Shown here one piece after another: positions 8,456-14,107 of a DNA stretch of 32,704 bases. Location of the stretch: contig JBBTRO010000161.1 of NCBI GenBank assembly GCA_038065155.1, positions 1-32,704 on the forward strand, written 5' to 3'. The translations under genes were made by a program, and so were the position numbers. Position 1 is the first letter of the stretch; each line of letters opens with the position of its first letter. Below the pieces are notes generated by a model. It made no database searches, was not told the DNA's origin, and saw only the letters and a list, made by a program, of their open reading frames with translations. This stretch comes from Patescibacteria group bacterium (GTDB lineage Bacteria; Patescibacteriota; Patescibacteriia; Magasanikbacterales; UBA922).

Positions 8456-8851
8456 TCAAACAAAATCAACAATACTGGTTTGTTCCATGAGTGAATTTAA
8501 TTTTGTGTGAAAGATGCCCATTCCGGGTTTCAGTGTGCAATTTCTTTCCTTGACGCAAAATTCTCCCCGCAAACACGCAGTCGGACCAGCGTGATCATCA
8601 AGTGCTTCGATAAGTGATTTTAGGCTTATAGATTCAATATCCCTGGCCAAACGATAGCCGCCAGCAGGGCCTTTCGCCGCCTGAATAAATCCGGCCTGTC
8701 GAAGCTGGCGAGCGATTTTTTGCAAAAACAAAAAAGATATGCTACTCTCGGTGCAGAACTTTTTGAGTCCAACGTATTCTTCTTTTTTGGCTTTGGCTAG
8801 GCGCAGAAGGAGTTGGATTGCATAGTCAACTTCCCGGCTGATCTTTATCAT
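8456..8851 (-). CDS. Rrf2-family transcriptional regulator (IscR-like, Cx5Cx5C cluster ligands)
   Basis: Has an N-terminal wHTH (ISREVDYAIQLLL...ISFLFLQKIARQLRQAGFI...GPAGGYRLA) and Cys93/Cys99/Cys105 spaced as in IscR. It lies immediately upstream of the desulfurase. Confidence 0.85.
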   Translation of the reverse strand: MIKISREVDYAIQLLLRLAKAKKEEYVGLKKFCTESSISFLFLQKIARQLRQAGFIQAAKGPAGGYRLARDIESISLKSLIEALDDHAGPTACLRGEFCVKERNCTLKPGMGIFHTKLNSLMEQTSIVDFV

Positions 8852-8857
8852 ACTGAA

Positions 8858-8872
8858 ATAGTATGATACTAT
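8858..8872. promoter_or_regulatory. Perfect 7-1-7 palindrome ATAGTATgATACTAT in the divergent Rrf2/fpr promoter gap (candidate operator)
   Basis: Read directly from the sequence. It begins 7 nt upstream of the Rrf2 start codon, within the 34-nt gap between the divergent genes. Confidence 0.3.
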
Positions 8873-8885
8873 AAACTCTCCCCTC

Positions 8886-9584
8886 GTGTCAACGGCTATG
8901 GACCAAAATACCTGGACAACACATCTGCTTCATAAAGAAACAATTGCCAATCAAATTGTTGAATTGCGTTTTATAAAACCAGCTAGGTTTACATTCCAGG
9001 CCGGACAGTTTGTGCAATTTATTATTCCGAAAGATGGTCAAGAAATCTTGCGTTCATATTCCATCGCTTCACACCCCGCGAGCGACGAAATTGAACTGTG
9101 CGTAAAATTATTACCTGGCGGCGTTGGTTCGACATTTTTTGAACAAGTGACGCCAGAGACCGAGATTCGCTTCATCGGATCGCGCGGACGATTTGTGGTC
9201 GGTGATTCTGCAGAGCCTTTATACTTTGTGGCCACGGGAGCTGGGTTGGCGCCAATCATGGGGATGATTGCTGACGAACTCATTAATAAAAAAAATACCG
9301 AGCCGATTGAGCTATTATTTGGTGTACGAAGCGAAGAAGACATCTTTTGGACTGACCGTCTGGATGCTCTGCAAAAGGAATACTCAAACTTTCACTATCG
9401 CCTTACCCTCTCCCAACCGAGAAGCGCCTGGGCTGGGCTCTCTGGCCGAGTGAGCACACATCTAAATCCAAATATTTCATCTCACTATTTTATCTGCGGC
9501 AGTGCGGAGATGGTGAAAGATGTGCGGGAATTGCTATTGAAGCAAGCTGTGCAAAATGGAAGTATACATTTTGAAATTTTTTAA
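8886..9584 (+). CDS. Ferredoxin/flavodoxin-NADP+ reductase-type FAD/NAD(P)-binding oxidoreductase
   Basis: The RSYSIAS (RxYS FAD motif), GVGSTF and ATGAGLAPIMG (NAD(P) motif) signatures and the C-terminal FICGSAEMV are present. GTG start at 8886, or ATG at 8898. Confidence 0.8.
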   Translation: MSTAMDQNTWTTHLLHKETIANQIVELRFIKPARFTFQAGQFVQFIIPKDGQEILRSYSIASHPASDEIELCVKLLPGGVGSTFFEQVTPETEIRFIGSRGRFVVGDSAEPLYFVATGAGLAPIMGMIADELINKKNTEPIELLFGVRSEEDIFWTDRLDALQKEYSNFHYRLTLSQPRSAWAGLSGRVSTHLNPNISSHYFICGSAEMVKDVRELLLKQAVQNGSIHFEIF

Positions 9585-9617
9585 AATTGTTGAAAGTGTT
9601 ATAGAAAAATAGAATAC

Positions 9618-9661
9618 GGGGGTGGGGGCGGAGTTCTGAACGAACCGACCGCCCCCTCCCC
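9618..9661 (-). terminator. GC-rich hairpin plus U-tract downstream of cassette A gene
   Basis: On the minus strand, GGGGAGGGGGCGG-17 nt loop-CCGCCCCCACCCC is followed by CGTATTCTATTTTTCT. There is no T-tract on the plus-strand side. Confidence 0.55.
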
Positions 9662-9694
9662 GCATGAAATGCCGACCGAACAGTCAGCACACCG

Positions 9695-10153
9695 TCATTC
9701 GTTGTGGATCACGAAGCCGGCGGCGTCGATGGTCGCGACGGCCAGCTCGACGTCCTGGACCGTGACTTCGAAAGATTTCGACCCCTCCCTTGTGATGAAC
9801 TCGATGTTGTGGAACCTGATCCACTTGTTATTGCGTTTGTCTTTCATCACCTCTGCCTCTTGGACATCACGTGGCGTGATCTTGCCCTCGAGGAACAGGC
9901 GGATGGCGATGTTCGGGTTCACCACGATGTGGTGGATCTTGTTTCCGTTGCCGGCGAATACGTCCAAGTCGATGACACACACGATTCCAGGACTCGCCGG
10001 AGCCGGCTCGGCCTGAACGAACATGCCGCCGAGCGATACCACCGACATGATCCAAGAATTCCCGCCGTCACTCACAAAGCCCTTCTGGCCAAAGACGGTA
10101 ATTGCCTTGCCATCGAGCTCCAGAACGACTTTATCGATGTCGCTTGTAGCCAT
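9695..10153 (-). CDS. Orphan protein A (152 aa), GC-rich cassette
   Basis: The ATG at 10153 is preceded by AAGGAGAG (4-nt spacer). The minus frame has strong G/C third-position bias. Promoter-like and terminator-like signals flank it. No family recognised. Confidence 0.6.
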   Translation of the reverse strand: MATSDIDKVVLELDGKAITVFGQKGFVSDGGNSWIMSVVSLGGMFVQAEPAPASPGIVCVIDLDVFAGNGNKIHHIVVNPNIAIRLFLEGKITPRDVQEAEVMKDKRNNKWIRFHNIEFITREGSKSFEVTVQDVELAVATIDAAGFVIHNE

Positions 10154-10196
10154 GATACTCTCCTTCTTCACCCGATCTGGGTGTGATGATGGGTAA

Positions 10197-10225
10197 AAAC
10201 TAACACGCTTTCACCCGTGTGTCAA
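10197..10225 (-). promoter_or_regulatory. Sigma70-like promoter for cassette A (TTGACA-17 nt-TAGTTT)
   Basis: The -35 is the reverse complement of 10220-10225 and the -10 is the reverse complement of 10197-10202, with an exact 17-nt spacer. Confidence 0.35.
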
Positions 10226-10241
10226 TCCAAACAATGAAGAA

Positions 10242-10820
10242 TCAAAACGGCAACGTCAAATTTACCCCCGACGACTGCTGAAGCGCTGTCGTCACAGGCA
10301 GAGGATCAAAATTGACCGCAAATGGCACAAGGTCACCGGTAATTTTGGGATAATACAGCATCTTGTTCTTCCGGCCGTATTCGTAGACTTCTTTGGTTAC
10401 TCGGACATCCTGCTCACAATACTTTTTTACTTCATCGATCTTACCCTCTTTGTACCACTGCATTGCCTGAAGCCCATCAGCGCTTTTTTCGATTTGAAGC
10501 GTGGCTTTAGCAATATCATTGAGTTTGAAACGAGTGCCGGTGGATTCTTTGATGACTTTTAGAAGATCAAGATGCGGAATTCGGCTCAAGTCCCCGGTAT
10601 ATTGCTGTTGCATTATCGGCAAATCGAAATGCGCGCTGTTGAAGCCGACAATCCGTTCGGCATGCTCTAAAATCGGCCAAAGCTCACGAAGTCCATGCTC
10701 ATCAAACGAACGGTAGCGATCATGCTCATATTCGTAAATCGAAACGACGGTAATTTTCATACTGGCGTAATTACGAATATCACCGATAGTTTCGATGTCG
10801 AATACGATTTCCTTTGACAT
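10242..10820 (-). CDS. DEDD-type 3'-5' exonuclease / RNase H-like domain protein
   Basis: Shows Exo I FDIET, Exo II GFNSAHFDLP and Exo III YCEQD motifs in the correct order and spacing. Confidence 0.75.
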   Translation of the reverse strand: MSKEIVFDIETIGDIRNYASMKITVVSIYEYEHDRYRSFDEHGLRELWPILEHAERIVGFNSAHFDLPIMQQQYTGDLSRIPHLDLLKVIKESTGTRFKLNDIAKATLQIEKSADGLQAMQWYKEGKIDEVKKYCEQDVRVTKEVYEYGRKNKMLYYPKITGDLVPFAVNFDPLPVTTALQQSSGVNLTLPF

Positions 10821-10829
10821 ACAGAGTTA

Positions 10830-10901
10830 AGAAAATAGAAAGTAGAAAATAGTAAATAGAATAACGGAAGAAATTCTTCTATTTTCCATTTTCTATTTTC
10901 T
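10830..10901. repeat. Long imperfect palindrome built from AAAATAGAAA-type low-complexity units
   Basis: Arm AGAAAATAGAAAGTAGAAAATAG (10830-10852) pairs with arm CTATTTTCCATTTTCTATTTTCT (10879-10901) at 21 of 23 positions. An inner palindrome GAAGAAaTTCTTC lies at 10867-10879. Confidence 0.6.
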
Positions 10902-10906
10902 AGATT

Positions 10907-11257
10907 CTAAACCTTCTTGAAGCTCACCTTAAACACCGGCTCATACGTATTATCGTACTGATCCTTTACCTCCACCGTCTCCCCCTTCATCATCATACTG
11001 ATCGCCATATCAGTCATCATTTCAGTATCCGAAGCGAGATCAATCGCCATGTCATCAAGTTTGGTAAATTCAGCTGCGAATTGTTCTTTGGTGGTCGCTT
11101 CAATCTGTTTTTTCTTTTCTTTCAAAGTTTTCATCTTTTCCACGATTTCCTGGTATTCCAAAGAGCCGTTCAAAGCCTCTTTGTACGAGGCGCGAAGATC
11201 TTTTTGTTTTTTCTTAAGTTCAATGGTGCGTTGAAAAATTTCTTGCAGTGATTGCAT
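10907..11257 (-). CDS. Hypothetical coiled-coil protein (116 aa)
   Basis: ATG start and host-like AT-rich codon usage. The Lys/Glu-rich heptad-like sequence is LKKKQKDLRASYKEAL...KMKTLKEKKKQIEA. Confidence 0.6.
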   Translation of the reverse strand: MQSLQEIFQRTIELKKKQKDLRASYKEALNGSLEYQEIVEKMKTLKEKKKQIEATTKEQFAAEFTKLDDMAIDLASDTEMMTDMAISMMMKGETVEVKDQYDNTYEPVFKVSFKKV

Positions 11258-11298
11258 AAAAGAAAAATTATGTGGTCAGTATAGTACCACACATCTCC

Positions 11299-11336
11299 AA
11301 AAATAGAAAAGTGGGCAACCGGGCTTGGCTGTCCAC
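11299..11336 (-). terminator. Intrinsic terminator downstream of cassette B gene
   Basis: On the minus strand, GTGGACAGCC-AAGCCC-GGTTGCCCAC (11311-11336) is followed by TTTTCTATTTTT (11299-11310). Confidence 0.55.
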
Positions 11337-11363
11337 TCTTCAGGATTGTTACCAAACTGTGTC

Positions 11364-11888
11364 TCAGCGATACTTGGCCCAGAGCTCCTTGATGTTTCCC
11401 CACGACACACTCACTTCCCGGTTCATCTTGCCTTTGACTTGATTCAGCTTCACGCCACTGGTCGTCACCCCTGCCCAGCGCATATAGGGTACGACCATGC
11501 CGCCTCTCATCCGCAGGTGCATGCGCTCACCGTCCATTACCCGTGTCAGATCCACGATGCTTGCATCCTCAATCACATTGATGATCTGTTTTGGCTCCAA
11601 ATCATCACTCTTTTTCACGAGTACCCGGCAACGTTCACAGACCGTCCGACGACAGTTGAAGGCCGTACCGGCAAGCGGGTAATACACGTACAGGATTACC
11701 CGCAGATGATGCTGAGTATCGGCACATTCGCAGATAGAGTTCCTTGCGAAGAACCCGCACGACTCGGCATCAATATCGGTCTCGAACATTTCCGTGCCCT
11801 CTGGGCGGCCGTAGCACTTGCTCGGCATGTAGCCGAGAACCAATTCCGATTCGTCATCATACACTTCCCCGGCAACAAACACGCCCAT
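11364..11888 (-). CDS. Orphan Cys/His-rich protein B (174 aa), GC-rich cassette
   Basis: The ATG at 11888 is preceded by AGGAGG (8-nt spacer). The frame has G/C third-position bias. Cys/His pattern: C53xC55-x4-H60H61-x16-N78-x5-C84xxC87. No family assigned. Confidence 0.6.
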   Translation of the reverse strand: MGVFVAGEVYDDESELVLGYMPSKCYGRPEGTEMFETDIDAESCGFFARNSICECADTQHHLRVILYVYYPLAGTAFNCRRTVCERCRVLVKKSDDLEPKQIINVIEDASIVDLTRVMDGERMHLRMRGGMVVPYMRWAGVTTSGVKLNQVKGKMNREVSVSWGNIKELWAKYR

Positions 11889-11913
11889 GGTGTTGTCCTC
11901 CTTTCTATTTCCC

Positions 11914-11942
11914 ACTATATGGTAGACAAGGAAAACGGTCAA
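11914..11942 (-). promoter_or_regulatory. Sigma70-like promoter for cassette B (TTGACC-17 nt-TATAGT)
   Basis: The -35 is the reverse complement of 11937-11942 and the -10 is the reverse complement of 11914-11919, with an exact 17-nt spacer. It lies ~25 nt upstream of the RBS. Confidence 0.4.
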
Positions 11943-11951
11943 TGCTACAAT
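11923..11951 (+). promoter_or_regulatory. Candidate folD promoter (TAGACA-17 nt-TACAAT) interleaved with the cassette B promoter
   Basis: The -35 is at 11923-11928 and the -10 at 11946-11951. It lies 18 nt upstream of the folD ATG. Confidence 0.3.
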
Positions 11952-11969
11952 AATCGTGCATTGAACCCT

Positions 11970-12818
11970 ATGGGCCAACTCATCGATGGAAAAGCGATTG
12001 CCCAGAAGATAGAACAAGAAACCGCCGCTCGGGTGGCTGCCTTGAAGCAAACAGGCGCGACACCGAAACTGGCGGTTATTTTAGTTGGCGAGGACAAGCC
12101 GTCGCAAACCTATGTACGGAAAAAGGGCGAAGCGGCAAAAAAAGCCGGAATGAATTTTGCTCTGCACGAGATCAAAGAATCCACTTCCACGCTTGAACTT
12201 ATTGAAAAAATTGAAGAGATCCAATCTGATTCGGAATTGTCCGGGCTGATTGTGCAACTTCCACTGCCGCCGCAGATTGATACGAATGCAGTCCTCAATA
12301 CTATTCGACCCGAGATTGATATTGATTGTTTAACAGAAGTGAACTTGGGAAAACTGATCATGAAAAGTAACCTGATCGAGCCGCCAACACCGGGCGCAGT
12401 CATGAGTATTCTCGAACATCTTCAGGTAGATCTTGTCGGGAAAAATGTTACCATTATCGGAGCCGGGCCACTGGTCGGCAAACCCCTCGCCGTCATGATG
12501 ATAAACGCGCGCGCGTCGGTGACTGTTTGCAACAGTAAAACTCGTGATACCAAGGAAAAATGCTTGGCCGCTGATGTTATTGTAACGGGTGTTGGGAAAA
12601 AAGATGTTCTGCGTGGGGATATGGTGCGAAAAGGAGCAATTGTCATTGACACCGGCGTTGATTTTGTAGAAGGCAAAATGTACGGCGATGTGAATGTTGA
12701 TGAAGTTGTTCAAAATGCTGGCTGGGTAACACCGACGCCTGGAGGAGTAGGACCGATAACCGTGGCACGACTTCTATTGAATACTATCACTTGCGCCGAG
12801 AACAAACTTAAGAACTAA
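11970..12818 (+). CDS. folD: Bifunctional methylene-THF dehydrogenase/methenyl-THF cyclohydrolase
   Basis: Starts MGQLIDGKAIAQKI... and contains LAVILVGEDKPSQTYVRKK, PPTPGAVM, GAGPLVGKP and PTPGGVGPITVA. The ATG at 11970 gives a typical ~282-aa FolD. The listed 497-aa ORF is an upstream artefact through the GC-rich cassette. Confidence 0.92.
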   Translation: MGQLIDGKAIAQKIEQETAARVAALKQTGATPKLAVILVGEDKPSQTYVRKKGEAAKKAGMNFALHEIKESTSTLELIEKIEEIQSDSELSGLIVQLPLPPQIDTNAVLNTIRPEIDIDCLTEVNLGKLIMKSNLIEPPTPGAVMSILEHLQVDLVGKNVTIIGAGPLVGKPLAVMMINARASVTVCNSKTRDTKEKCLAADVIVTGVGKKDVLRGDMVRKGAIVIDTGVDFVEGKMYGDVNVDEVVQNAGWVTPTPGGVGPITVARLLLNTITCAENKLKN

Positions 12819-12823
12819 TTTTT

Positions 12824-14095
12824 ATGCAGGCAAAAATCACGGTTGTGGTGGGCGCTCAATGGGGCGATGAAGGAAAAGGAAAAATCACCGATCTTCTGGC
12901 GGCTGATTCAGATTACGTGGTGCGCTTTCAGGGCGGAAACAATGCTGGGCACACTCTGGCAGTCAGCGATAAAACATACAAACTACACCTGATCCCCTCA
13001 GGTGTTTTGTATCCGCAATGTATTTCTGTCATTGGAAATGGCGTTTTGGTTGACCCAAAAGTGCTTTTGGCGGAAATTGCAGAGTTCAAAACGCAAGGCA
13101 TTGAAGTAAACCTAAAAATCAGTGAACGAGCGCATGTGATTATGCCCTATCACATTGCGATCGATGGCGCTCTTTCCGGACACCAAGGACAACTTGGCGC
13201 CGGCAGTACCAACCGCGGGATTGCACCTGTCTCGGCTGACAAGGTCTATCGGCATGGCATTCGCATGGGCGACCTTTTGGATAAAGAACTATTCAAAGAA
13301 AAGCTGGTCAAAGCCTACACATTTAACAAAGGTATCGTCCAATCTCTCGGCGGCCAACTCGACTGCTCGTTTGAAGATATATACAGTGAATATGTCGCGT
13401 ATGGTGAGCAGTTGCGGTCATATATAACCGATACAGAATTGGAATTGTACCAAGCGTTTAAAGCCGGCAAAAAAATTCTTTTTGAAGGCGCTCAGGGAAT
13501 GTCGCTTGACCCCGACCACGGCATGTACCCGCACACGACCAGTACCAACAATGTTGCGCCGTACGCAGCCGTGGGTTCAGGAGTAGGAATTTTGAACACT
13601 CCCGTTCGAGTAGTGGGACTCGTAAAAGCCTACGTGAGTCGTGTCGGCATTAGTCCGTTTATTACAGAACTCCCTGAAAATGAGGCTAATGTCCTACGCG
13701 ACAAAGGAAATGAGTATGGTACAACAACCGGTCGACCGCGTCGCGTGGGTTGGCTTGATTTGGTTCAGGTGAGACAAGCAGTACGTGTGTCTGGACTCAC
13801 CGATATCGCGCTCACGAAGCTCGATATTCTAACTGGTTTTCCGGAAATTAAAGTCTGTACTGCCTATGACATTGATGGCGTTCAAGTAACCGAAATGCCA
13901 GCTAGTCTAAGCAAGATCCGTAAAGCTAAACCAATGTATAAAATTTTCCCAGGGTGGGACAACCTTGGCTCAACCTATGATACCCTCCCCTCTTCGGTGA
14001 AAAATTATATTGAATTTATTGAGAAAGAAGTTGAATGCAGAGTTTCAATTATTTCTCTGGGGCCAAAACGAGAACAAACGATCATCAGAAATTGA
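12824..14095 (+). CDS. purA: Adenylosuccinate synthetase
   Basis: Contains GAQWGDEGKGK, GGNNAGHT, GTTTGRPRR and TKLDIL. Confidence 0.95.
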   Translation: MQAKITVVVGAQWGDEGKGKITDLLAADSDYVVRFQGGNNAGHTLAVSDKTYKLHLIPSGVLYPQCISVIGNGVLVDPKVLLAEIAEFKTQGIEVNLKISERAHVIMPYHIAIDGALSGHQGQLGAGSTNRGIAPVSADKVYRHGIRMGDLLDKELFKEKLVKAYTFNKGIVQSLGGQLDCSFEDIYSEYVAYGEQLRSYITDTELELYQAFKAGKKILFEGAQGMSLDPDHGMYPHTTSTNNVAPYAAVGSGVGILNTPVRVVGLVKAYVSRVGISPFITELPENEANVLRDKGNEYGTTTGRPRRVGWLDLVQVRQAVRVSGLTDIALTKLDILTGFPEIKVCTAYDIDGVQVTEMPASLSKIRKAKPMYKIFPGWDNLGSTYDTLPSSVKNYIEFIEKEVECRVSIISLGPKREQTIIRN

Positions 14096-14107
14096 AATTG
14101 GCAAACT

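Noticed and set aside
9704-10186. Plus-strand 160-aa ORF, and other overlapping ORFs, in cassette A.
   Set aside because: There is no RBS or promoter on that strand. Third-position G/C bias, the RBS, the promoter and the terminator all fit the minus-strand frame.
9589-10215. Imperfect inverted repeat GTTGAAAGTGTT (9589-9600) / AACACGCTTTCACC (10202-10215) as terminal inverted repeats of cassette A.
   Set aside because: It is short, has a mismatch and a 2-nt indel, and the right copy lies inside the predicted promoter spacer. It cannot be distinguished from chance without other copies.
11325-11969. A 215-codon N-terminal extension of folD (the listed 497-aa plus-strand ORF).
   Set aside because: The extension runs antisense through GC-rich cassette B. 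It has no FolD homology and no start signals. FolD homology begins at MGQLIDGKAIA (ATG 11970), which gives a normal-length protein. Open antisense frames are expected in GC-rich DNA.
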